From: Sedimentisphaera cyanobacteriorum
Lineage (GTDB): Bacteria > Planctomycetota > Phycisphaerae > Sedimentisphaerales > Sedimentisphaeraceae
DNA: 32,000 nt
Assembly: GCF_001997385.1 (NCBI RefSeq)
Contig: NZ_CP019633.1
Location: 2,070,001-2,102,000, forward strand
Reading direction: 5' to 3'
Below are positions 1-7,076 of the stretch, piece by piece. A program made the position numbers and the translations under genes. Position 1 is the stretch's first letter; each line of letters starts with the position of its first letter. Under the pieces are notes generated by a model. The model searched no databases, was not told the DNA's origin, and worked only from the letters and a program-made list of their open reading frames with translations.

Positions 1-464
1 CTAACGAGGAAAGGAATGAGTTGCCTGTTGAAATTGACACCAGTAATGAATCTTATCGTCAACATATGAATAACACAATGATGGTAATGGCACATGTAAA
101 AAACAATCCTGACATGCTGGATAGAATGTTTACCGCCCAGGTTTGCAGAGATGAAATGATGGCAGAAAGTCTTTATAAGGCAATCAAATCTTCAGAAAAG
201 CAAAATAGCATAGCTGTTGTCTTGTGCGGCAGTGGCCATTTGATTCATGGTTCGGGAATTCCATCTCGATTGAAGCGAAGGTTGCCGAATTTAAAAGATA
301 GAATTGTTGTTTTAAGCGGGAGCGGAGATGTGGAATTATCTAAAAGCATGCAAGCAATGAGTAGAGATGTTAAAACTTCTCATCAACAATTGAAATGTTT
401 TGAAACACCTGTAGCGGATTATCTACATGTTGTAAACCTTGATGGACAATTGGATAAGTACTAA
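1..464 (+). CDS. ChaN-family (haem-binding/iron-uptake, Tiki/ChaN superfamily) protein, C-terminal part; 5' end lies off the window
   Basis: The frame is open from nt 3 with no upstream stop; the 'M' at nt 21 in the ORF track is a TTG. Motifs AQVCRDEMMAES and VVLCGSGHL..GSGIPSRL resemble the conserved C-terminal half of ChaN/DUF399 proteins. This is recalled from memory, not searched. Confidence 0.55.
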   Translation, partial: NEERNELPVEIDTSNESYRQHMNNTMMVMAHVKNNPDMLDRMFTAQVCRDEMMAESLYKAIKSSEKQNSIAVVLCGSGHLIHGSGIPSRLKRRLPNLKDRIVVLSGSGDVELSKSMQAMSRDVKTSHQQLKCFETPVADYLHVVNLDGQLDKY

Positions 465-594
465 GAATCAAATTAAAATAAAAAGCCTATTTCTATATTA
501 AATGGGGGGACTCGAAAGTGTTATGTTTACACCAGCGAGTTTAGGCTTGCTGGTGCAGACGATTTAGTGAATTTTTATTTAAAATGGAAATAAA

Positions 595-726
595 ATGAAA
601 CCAAAATGTGAAAATTCTAATTGTAACTGTGATGGAAAATGCAAAGTCTGTCAATGCCGTGAAACCGTAGCAATTGCCGTGCAGTCTCAAGTCAAAGAGA
701 AAAAGGCCGAAAGGACTGCAAAATGA
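595..726 (+). CDS. 43-aa cysteine-rich micropeptide (MKPKCENSNCNCDGKCKVCQCRETVAIAVQSQVKEKKAERTAK), below the ORF-track length cutoff
   Basis: Hand translation gives ATG at 595 and TGA at 724-726. That stop overlaps the ATG (723-725) of the radical SAM gene as ATGA. Six Cys lie in residues 5-21. A weak GGAA sits about 7 nt upstream of the ATG. Confidence 0.5.
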   Translation: MKPKCENSNCNCDGKCKVCQCRETVAIAVQSQVKEKKAERTAK

Positions 727-2714
727 ATGCAAAAACTGAAACAATCAATTTTTCCAATAGTAATGGACAAAAGCAGTATCAAACGGAGAAACCCTGTGAA
801 TTTCCTTTTGACTCACGTTTTCGCAGCCACATGGATACTTACGGCTGGAGCCGGGTATCACCAACCGGCAATGAAAAAGAATACCGGCTGAATATCATTA
901 AAAACGGCAGCAGTGAAATGAACAGGCGAACAGCTTACATTCATATTCCGTTTTGCGGTACACTTTGTACGTTCTGTAATTTCATGAGAAAGCCCGGCAC
1001 TGCTGCGATGGCCGCTGATTATGCCCAACTGGTTATACAGGAATTACAATGGTATAAGGGTTCTGGTTACATTTCTCAAGGCGGATTTGAGGCACTGTAT
1101 CTGGGGGGCGGGACACCGTCACTATTACCTGCTGAAGCTATGTCGGAACTGCTGAATACTGCTCGCAAAACACTTGGACTTGACGAAACGGCAGAGATCA
1201 CCATTGAGTCAACGGTACATGACCTTACTCAGGAAAAACTTGATGCAATGGTCCAGTCTGGCGTAACACGCATCAGCCTTGGCGTGCAGACATTTAATTC
1301 TGATATGCGGCGGCAGCTGGGAAGGCTCTCTGATAAGGAAACGATTTACAGCACCATCGAAATGGCGAGAAAGGCCGGAATCAAAACCATTTCTTCTGAC
1401 ATTCTTTATCGCCTGCCGGGTCAAAATCTTCAGGAATTCCAGGCTGATCTTGAATGCGCGGTCGAGTTAAACCTGGATGGTGTATCTTTGTATCCTTTGA
1501 TTGCCATGGGCGGAACACCTTTAGAAAAACGGCTAAAAGAGGGCAAAATTCCTCCATTACCAGATATTTCTATCGAGCTGGAACAATGTAAAGCAACAAA
1601 GAAGTTCCTGATCGATGCTGGCTACCAGCAGGACACGTGCACTCATTTTGTCAAGCCAACAGATCGAAATCTCTATGCGAATATCCGTCTGGATGATGGA
1701 GACTGTCTGCCCATCGGCAGCAGTGCCGGCGGCTATCTTGGCCCGCTTGTTCTTATGAACGCCATGGATAAGCAGATGTATCAGATGCAAATCTCTGGAG
1801 GCAAGTCCGGATATATGGCTTCTGTTCTGCTGCCGTCGAAATCCAGAATGCTAAGGTCGGTTACCGGGCAGCTTCAGCGTGGTTTTCTAAATGTTGAAAC
1901 TGTTTGGCAGGATGGTACGTTGGAACCCAAGACTCTTTTGCAAGATAAGATTGATCAGTACCTTGAAAATGGATTGCTTGAAAAAGATGGACAGCAGTAC
2001 CGATTAACCGATGATGGCTGGTGCTGGTGTTATAACATTGCAGCCGATTTTGCGGATATGGGCAAAAATGAAAGTGCCGCAAGCAGTTCTGTAATGTCAT
2101 TTGCGCAAACAAGCGGCAAAAAGCCGCATCCTCATGCATTAAAATACGGCAGCAAAAAACAAGGTCACTCCATGCGGGGCTTTTCATTAAAAGACATTTC
2201 TGTTCTGGGTGTTATGACTGCGCTGGTGGTTGTTGTCCAATTTATAGCTGCGATGGTTTTACATATGACTGGGATTGCTCTGATCCCCGGCCTGATGCAG
2301 TTTGTAATGGCGTTTGCCTCCTGTATCATTTTGTTTGTCGCCATAAAAAAAGTCCCCAAAGCCGGGGCACTTAGCATTATGACAGCGGTATATTCTCTGG
2401 TAACGATGCTGTTGTCCGGCAGTATTCTGATGGGGTTTGGGCTGGTGATCGGCGGTGTTTTAGGCGACCTGACCGCCAAATGGCTTGGCGGGATTGGGAA
2501 AACGGTTCCGTTGATCATTGCTTTAGTTATCTATCGAACTTCTCAGACAACATTCAGCAAGCTGTATGCATTCATCACTGAGATGACACAGGTGCAATTT
2601 GTATGGTATCTGGTCGTGCTTTCAATCATCGCTTCTGCAATAGGTGCGATTGTCGGAGGATTAGCCGGTATAAAACTAACGGCAAAGATCTCAAAAGCGG
2701 GAGTGATGGCATGA
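723..2714 (+). CDS. HemN/ChuW/HemW-like radical SAM enzyme fused to a C-terminal ECF-transporter S-component-like polytopic membrane domain
   Basis: Carries the CxxxCxxC motif YIHIPFCGTLCTFCNF, the HemN-family blocks LYLGGGTPSLL and RISLGVQTFN. After a Ser/Lys/His-rich linker (about aa 445-490) there are about 170 aa of consecutive hydrophobic helices (VLGVMTALVVVVQFIAAMVL... to the end). An ECF T gene follows with an ATGA overlap. Confidence 0.8.
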   Translation: MNAKTETINFSNSNGQKQYQTEKPCEFPFDSRFRSHMDTYGWSRVSPTGNEKEYRLNIIKNGSSEMNRRTAYIHIPFCGTLCTFCNFMRKPGTAAMAADYAQLVIQELQWYKGSGYISQGGFEALYLGGGTPSLLPAEAMSELLNTARKTLGLDETAEITIESTVHDLTQEKLDAMVQSGVTRISLGVQTFNSDMRRQLGRLSDKETIYSTIEMARKAGIKTISSDILYRLPGQNLQEFQADLECAVELNLDGVSLYPLIAMGGTPLEKRLKEGKIPPLPDISIELEQCKATKKFLIDAGYQQDTCTHFVKPTDRNLYANIRLDDGDCLPIGSSAGGYLGPLVLMNAMDKQMYQMQISGGKSGYMASVLLPSKSRMLRSVTGQLQRGFLNVETVWQDGTLEPKTLLQDKIDQYLENGLLEKDGQQYRLTDDGWCWCYNIAADFADMGKNESAASSSVMSFAQTSGKKPHPHALKYGSKKQGHSMRGFSLKDISVLGVMTALVVVVQFIAAMVLHMTGIALIPGLMQFVMAFASCIILFVAIKKVPKAGALSIMTAVYSLVTMLLSGSILMGFGLVIGGVLGDLTAKWLGGIGKTVPLIIALVIYRTSQTTFSKLYAFITEMTQVQFVWYLVVLSIIASAIGAIVGGLAGIKLTAKISKAGVMA

Positions 2715-3469
2715 TACGCTCATTCATCCAGCGACTGGGACAGCGAAATCCGGATTGTATTTTCGAACAGCTTGATCCAAGATGTAAACTGATCATCCTT
2801 TTTGCTGTTACCATAATGATCATTATAGGCAACAGCGTTTTCTCTGCAGGCCTGTTCATAGCTGCCGGTTTTCTCGCCTTTTATTCGAAGCTGATGAAAT
2901 TGTTTCTCTTTACAACTGTATTGGCGGCCATTTTTTGGGTTATTTTTATGGTGATATTCCAATATGCCCTGGACAAGCCGATGGAAGACCCCAAAGCCAT
3001 GTTTGTTGGAATGGTTTTCAGAGGAACTGCACTGGCAACCACCGGATTATGGTTTGCTGTGACCACTAAATTGCGTGATATGACTATCGCACTTGAAGCC
3101 TGGAGAATCCCCAATATTATTATCCTGCCGCTGACAATTGCGGTTCGGTTTATACCGACACTGCTCAATGAATCCCTGGTCATTCACGATTCCATGCGGC
3201 TTCGACGCTTGGCTCATCGAAAGCGTGACCTGATTACCCAGCCTCATTTGATCGGCCAGAGCTATATATCACTGGTGACAATCCGAAGCCTGAAAATGGC
3301 AGATGAACTGGCCGCCGTTGCTGAGACACGGGGGCTTGCTCGCCCGAACCAAAGACAGTTTCTAAAGCCTGCAAAATTCAGGAAAAACGACTATTGCGCC
3401 CTGAGCATCCTGCTGGCTCTGGCGGCTGTTTTAACCGCAGCGTCATTATATGTAAGGGCCGCTGCATAA
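2711..3469 (+). CDS. ecfT: ECF transporter transmembrane (T) component, EcfT/CbiQ family
   Basis: ATG 2711 overlaps the upstream TGA as ATGA. The protein is polytopic and has a CbiQ-like region (IILPLTIAVRFIPTLLNESLVIHDSMRLR). It lies between an S-like domain and, beyond the island, a tandem ABC ATPase. Confidence 0.75.
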   Translation: MIRSFIQRLGQRNPDCIFEQLDPRCKLIILFAVTIMIIIGNSVFSAGLFIAAGFLAFYSKLMKLFLFTTVLAAIFWVIFMVIFQYALDKPMEDPKAMFVGMVFRGTALATTGLWFAVTTKLRDMTIALEAWRIPNIIILPLTIAVRFIPTLLNESLVIHDSMRLRRLAHRKRDLITQPHLIGQSYISLVTIRSLKMADELAAVAETRGLARPNQRQFLKPAKFRKNDYCALSILLALAAVLTAASLYVRAAA

Positions 3470-3576
3470 ATAATTCGCTCTTTTAAAAGTAAATAATTCC
3501 GGCCTTTCGCACAGGCCATAAGGATGGCTGACCCTGTTTGCGGACGGAATCGAAATCAAAAGTAAAAGCCTTTAGA

Positions 3577-3765
3577 AACGTTTTCGGATGCTCCCGGACG
3601 CTTTTCGCGGCTTCCCGAACGGCATTCGGAGTGTCCCGGACGGCGTTCCAGACTCCCCAAACGCTTTCCGGGGCGTTCCAGAATGCTTTTGGAATGTTCC
3701 AAAACGCTTTCGGGGCGTTCCGGACGCAATCCGGGGCGTTTTGCAACGAATCAAAATGCCGTTAA
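3577..3765. repeat. Nine head-to-tail 21-bp repeats, no indels (consensus about AACGCTTTCGGGGCGTTCCGG)
   Basis: Hand-parsed unit starts are 3577, 3598, 3619, 3640, 3661, 3682, 3703, 3724 and 3745. The best units contain the inverted pair AACGC..GCGTT. Unit junctions carry CC(G/C)G(G/A)ACG. Confidence 0.85.
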
Positions 3766-3828
3766 AACCCTTGACGCCGGACAATATCCGGCTATAATAC
3801 GACTTGTTTTGCCCGGCGGCGTAGCCGG
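3719..3828 (+). repeat. Promoter/junction module, copy 1 (last two 21-bp units + promoter + 5' hairpin)
   Basis: Near-identical to 6275-6387: tccggacgcaatccggggcgttt ... aacgaatcaaaatgccgt ... atatccggctataatacgacttgttttgcccggcggcg.agccgg. Confidence 0.85.
3771..3798 (+). promoter_or_regulatory. Sigma70-type promoter TTGACG-16 nt-TATAAT with an imperfect palindrome CCGGAcaatATCCGG in the spacer
   Basis: The hexamers were read directly from the sequence. Downstream is the hairpin GCCCGGC-ggcgta-GCCGGGgGC, then the Zn-ribbon gene at 3932. Confidence 0.55.
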
Positions 3829-3931
3829 GGGCGATTAATAAGCAAATGCAGGTAAAAATGTATCGACCGCCTTTTAATTATCCGAATAAGAGGAGTCTGT
3901 CCAATCATTGTTGGGCCTTACCGGGGGAAAT

Positions 3932-4462
3932 ATGCCTCTGAGGAAATGTAAGGATTGTGGCAACTCCGTTAGTAGCACTGCGAAAATCTGCCCTCACTGC
4001 GGCAGGCCGATGCAAAGCAGGGATATTATTTCATCTCTCGCTAGATTTTTTGTCATCGGCTTCGTCATAATCCCCATCATCATTTCAATCTTCATGTCGG
4101 TATACCACTCCGGCACAAGCACTGACTCCAACGGCAACCACGCAACTTCATCTGCTAGGGTTCCAAAGACTCCAAAGATCGACAAATCTGAGAAGATGCA
4201 GGCCGATCGCCTTAATCTCATTGAGAGACTTCAAAGGGAGGGCATCTTCGGCGACATCATCCCAAGATCTTCCGGCGCGACAATAGTTGTCAAACCAGCG
4301 TTTTACACGCTCGATTTCAAAGATAAGCAGTCGTTTGTTTCTGTTGTGTATGCGTACTACTTCGATGGTTTGACCCCGTATACGCCAATCCTTTTACGAG
4401 ACTCGCGCACCAACAATAACATCGGTTCCTTTACAGTAGAACTCGGTTTAGATATCAAATGA
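3932..4462 (+). CDS. Zinc-ribbon protein with one TM helix and a C-terminal domain of about 85 aa of unknown function
   Basis: ATG 3932 is preceded by GGGGGAAAT. It has the motif CKDCGNSVSSTAKICPHCG and the TM segment FFVIGFVIIPIIISIFMSVY. A low-complexity S/T/K linker follows, then LNLIERLQREGIF...VELGLDIK. Confidence 0.6.
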   Translation: MPLRKCKDCGNSVSSTAKICPHCGRPMQSRDIISSLARFFVIGFVIIPIIISIFMSVYHSGTSTDSNGNHATSSARVPKTPKIDKSEKMQADRLNLIERLQREGIFGDIIPRSSGATIVVKPAFYTLDFKDKQSFVSVVYAYYFDGLTPYTPILLRDSRTNNNIGSFTVELGLDIK

Positions 4463-4520
4463 CGCAGCCCGAAGGTGTTATGAAGAAACCATATAACTAT
4501 TGTTATGCCATCAAGGAAAC

Positions 4521-5372
4521 ATGATGCGGAATACTAAGCTGTTAAAGAAAGCCTTATTGTTAGTCGTTGCTACTGGTTTGATTGGACTTATTATCTGTGC
4601 CGTCTACATCCACAAAGATACGTCGCTTGATAGTCTTTCAGAAATCCCTGCACGAGCAACATCAAGTGGACTGTCCGGACAACTAAAAATCGGCGTTATT
4701 GGGGACAGCTGGGTTGCACGTCAGAAACTGGACTACGCAATTGAATCAACGGTCGCCGAATCTGGATTCGAGACAGTAGTTCTTAGCTCGGGTCATCCAG
4801 GGGCAAAGAGTCGGCAAATATATCGAAACCTCTTCTTAGAAAGTGGAAACAAAAACTCAAGCAATGCTCTGTTCATGGATGATGATTTGGATTACTTGGT
4901 AGTTGTTGCTGGGGTAAACGATTCTGCTGGGCACATTGGAAAGGCATTTTACTCTCATCATATGCTTCTCATCGTTCAGGCAGCATTAGCTCGTGGAATA
5001 AAACCTGTAATTGTCGAAGTTCCAGAATATGGAATAGAAGATACTCCATCAGTTGGTTTGCTGTCGTGGGTGAAACGGTCAATTTACCTTTGGCTGTTTG
5101 ATGGTGGCAAGGTGGATGTGATAAGAGAATATAGAAAGGCACTTCAAGAAGAACTTCAAGCATCAGGTATCGATGACAAAGTTTTTCTTGTTAGATTCTC
5201 GTCAATCGCTAATGACTACAATGCCAGCAAAGATCTCTACGCAAATTCATCACATCTAAATCACGATGGATACTCGAAATTGGGTAAACTGATAGCCGAT
5301 AGCATAACTGAATGGCATAACAAAGCCATGCACTCGGACGGGAATTCCGCTGCGCTTCATTTCCGCCGGTGA
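4521..5372 (+). CDS. N-terminally membrane-anchored SGNH/GDSL-family hydrolase
   Basis: ATGATG at 4521 follows AAGGAA. The TM segment is ALLLVVATGLIGLIICAVYI. SGNH blocks are GVIGDSWV (I), SSGHPGA (II), VVAGVNDS (III) and SSHLNHDGY (V, with Asn where the DxxH Asp is usual). Confidence 0.7.
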   Translation: MMRNTKLLKKALLLVVATGLIGLIICAVYIHKDTSLDSLSEIPARATSSGLSGQLKIGVIGDSWVARQKLDYAIESTVAESGFETVVLSSGHPGAKSRQIYRNLFLESGNKNSSNALFMDDDLDYLVVVAGVNDSAGHIGKAFYSHHMLLIVQAALARGIKPVIVEVPEYGIEDTPSVGLLSWVKRSIYLWLFDGGKVDVIREYRKALQEELQASGIDDKVFLVRFSSIANDYNASKDLYANSSHLNHDGYSKLGKLIADSITEWHNKAMHSDGNSAALHFRR

Positions 5373-5400
5373 TGGCAAGCGTTAGCATTCGGAGGAAAGT

Positions 5401-6015
5401 ATGGCTTGGTTCGTCATAGCGATAATTGTAGCCGCAGTCATTTATGTATGGGTAAAGCGAAAAATAAGCCGGCCAGACCTCACAATCCTGCCAGAACGCT
5501 TCGTGGTTTTTGATCTTGAAACTACCGGCTTAAAGCCAGATACTCACGAAATCATTGAAATCGGAGCAATCCGAGTGAATCGAGACTCTGGTAAGCACGA
5601 TACATTTCAAGCGTTGGTCCGGCCCACTAAGAAGATTCCAAAAAAGATCACTGGAATTACCGGCATTACCCAAGATATGGTAGAGAAAGACGGTGATTTT
5701 TTAGAGACAGCTCTCCCCCAATTCATTGAATTCGTAAGTGATCTACCACTCGTGTCCTTCAATGCTGAATTTGATATGGCTTTTCTGAATGCCGCAATTA
5801 GTAAAACTCAGGTTGGTGCACTTGCCAATAACCGTGTTTCGTGTGCCCTGAAAATGGCTCGTCGCGCATGGCCCGGCAGGAAGAGCTACCGTCTCAGTGA
5901 TCTTGCAAAAGATGGGAGGTTGTCTTCAGATGATACCCATCGCGCCCTTGGTGACTGCAAACGTGCGATGGTCGTTTATACGGCAGCCGCTGCCAAACTG
6001 CGAAGTGCAACATAG
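5401..6015 (+). CDS. N-terminally membrane-anchored DEDDh 3'-5' exonuclease (DnaQ/epsilon-like domain)
   Basis: The TM segment MAWFVIAIIVAAVIYVWV is followed by KRKISR. Exonuclease motifs are ExoI VVFDLETTGL, ExoII SFNAEFDMAFL and ExoIII THRALGDC. GGAGGAAAGT precedes the ATG. Confidence 0.8.
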   Translation: MAWFVIAIIVAAVIYVWVKRKISRPDLTILPERFVVFDLETTGLKPDTHEIIEIGAIRVNRDSGKHDTFQALVRPTKKIPKKITGITGITQDMVEKDGDFLETALPQFIEFVSDLPLVSFNAEFDMAFLNAAISKTQVGALANNRVSCALKMARRAWPGRKSYRLSDLAKDGRLSSDDTHRALGDCKRAMVVYTAAAAKLRSAT

Positions 6016-6055
6016 ACACAAATTAAAGGTGTCCGGTGCTTTTTTCCTACCTAAT

Positions 6056-6280
6056 GCAGGTCAATTTTTATGCCGCCTTTACTGTAAACCGCTATTGCGG
6101 CGTGTTCTCTACGGCAAAGTCCAAAAACCGATAGCCCTCTTTTAATACACGCTGGCCGGCTACGAGCTGGATGGGATAATTAAAAAGCGGCCCATCTGTT
6201 ACCACCGTGTTCAACTGGCCGGAAGAATTGAAAATAAGAAAAGGTGTCTGGGAAGCAGTCCCGATTTATCGGGCTCCGGA
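6056..6280. repeat. Repeat A, copy 1 (about 225 bp)
   Basis: Aligns by eye along its whole length with 11246-11470, with scattered substitutions and a 1-nt indel. It contains the structured segment GCCGC-cttta-CGGT-aa-ACCG-ctatt-GCGGC and the hairpin CCCGAtttaTCGGG. Confidence 0.85.
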
Positions 6281-6387
6281 CGCAATCCGGGGCGTTTGGG
6301 AACGAATCAAAATGCCGTCAAAAAAACCCTTGCAGCGGGATAATATCCGGCTATAATACGACTTGTTTTGCCCGGCGGCGCAGCCGG
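6275..6387 (+). repeat. Promoter/junction module, copy 2
   Basis: Near-identical to 3719-3828 (see that feature). It is directly fused to the end of Repeat A copy 1. Confidence 0.85.
6330..6357 (+). promoter_or_regulatory. Sigma70-type promoter TTGCAG-16 nt-TATAAT (paralogue of 3771-3798)
   Basis: The hexamers were read directly from the sequence. The spacer is CGGGAtaatATCCGG. It lies upstream of the RM-like trio, which starts at about 6414. Confidence 0.5.
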
Positions 6388-6413
6388 ACAGCCGATATGG
6401 GAAATGGCAGATT

Positions 6414-7076
6414 ATGCCGATGGAAGAACAAGTCAAATCAAAGCAGAGGGTAGCCGATCATGGCGAGGTTTTGACCGGTAAGCGGGAGGTCAATGCCATG
6501 CTGGATCTGGTCAAGCAGGAGACCGAGCGAATCGATTCCCGCTTTCTGGAACCGGCCTGCGGGGCGGGCAACTTTCTGGCGGAGATTCTCGAACGGAAGC
6601 TGCGCGTCGTGGAGAAGCGCTATGCCAAGAGCCAACTGGAATACGAGCGCAACGCGGTGCTCGCCGTCTCCAGTATCTACGGCATCGATATTCTTGAAGA
6701 TAACATCGAGCAGTGCCGACAGCGGCTGTTCGGCATCTTCGACCGGAACTACCTGCGGCTCTTCTCAAGCAAGACGAACGACCAATGCCGCGAAACGGTC
6801 CGCTTCATCCTCGAACGCAACATCGTTCACGGCGACGCGCTGACCCTCAAGACGGTCGGCGAGCAACCGGGCTACATCGTCTTTTCCGAATGGTCGCCGG
6901 TCAACGGCAGTTTCCTCAAACGCCGCGACTTCACCTTTCACGGTCTGCTGGAACATGAGCATATACGGGGACTGCCGCTGTTCTCCGACCTGGGCGAGGA
7001 TGTGTTCATCCCCACGCCGGAGAAGGAATACCCGCTGGCGCATTTCCTGGAGGTGGCCGATGCTGACAAGCAATAA
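6414..7076 (+). CDS. Methyltransferase-fold protein with SAM-binding motif I but no recognisable NPPY/DPPY motif IV (degenerate paralogue of the next gene)
   Basis: [17 protein letters not shown]...[12 protein letters not shown] parallels [17 protein letters not shown]...[12 protein letters not shown] in the downstream methyltransferase. IYGIDI and IVHGDALT are present. Where xxGNPPY is expected the sequence reads [11 protein letters not shown]. The start could be 6414 or 6420. Confidence 0.65.
   Translation: MPMEEQVKSKQRVADHGEVLTGKREVNAMLDLVKQETERIDSRFLEPACGAGNFLAEILERKLRVVEKRYAKSQLEYERNAVLAVSSIYGIDILEDNIEQCRQRLFGIFDRNYLRLFSSKTNDQCRETVRFILERNIVHGDALTLKTVGEQPGYIVFSEWSPVNGSFLKRRDFTFHGLLEHEHIRGLPLFSDLGEDVFIPTPEKEYPLAHFLEVADADKQ

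Noticed and set aside
541-744. 67-aa ORF on the - strand upstream of the radical SAM gene
   Set aside because: It is antisense to the Cys-rich micropeptide ORF, which is start/stop-coupled to the rSAM gene. Its translation is Phe/Leu-rich and motif-free.
3577-3765. Possible CRISPR array
   Set aside because: The repeats are directly abutting 21-mers with no unique spacers. The units are degenerate, and no cas genes are in the window.
3483-3797. Four overlapping 69-87-aa ORFs on both strands (3483-3746 -, 3538-3765 +, 3572-3784 -, 3588-3797 +) with repetitive 7-aa patterns
   Set aside because: They are a by-product of the 21-bp (3 x 7 codon) tandem repeat, which lacks stop codons in most frames. 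Being open in four frames at once argues against real coding. I found no RBS or start context.
3795-3806. TAATACGACT, identical to the first 10 nt of the phage T7 promoter, in all three junction-module copies
   Set aside because: The match ends before the specificity-determining and initiating region (..CACTATAG). In context the TATAAT serves as the -10 box of a properly spaced sigma70 promoter. No phage-type RNA polymerase gene is in the window.
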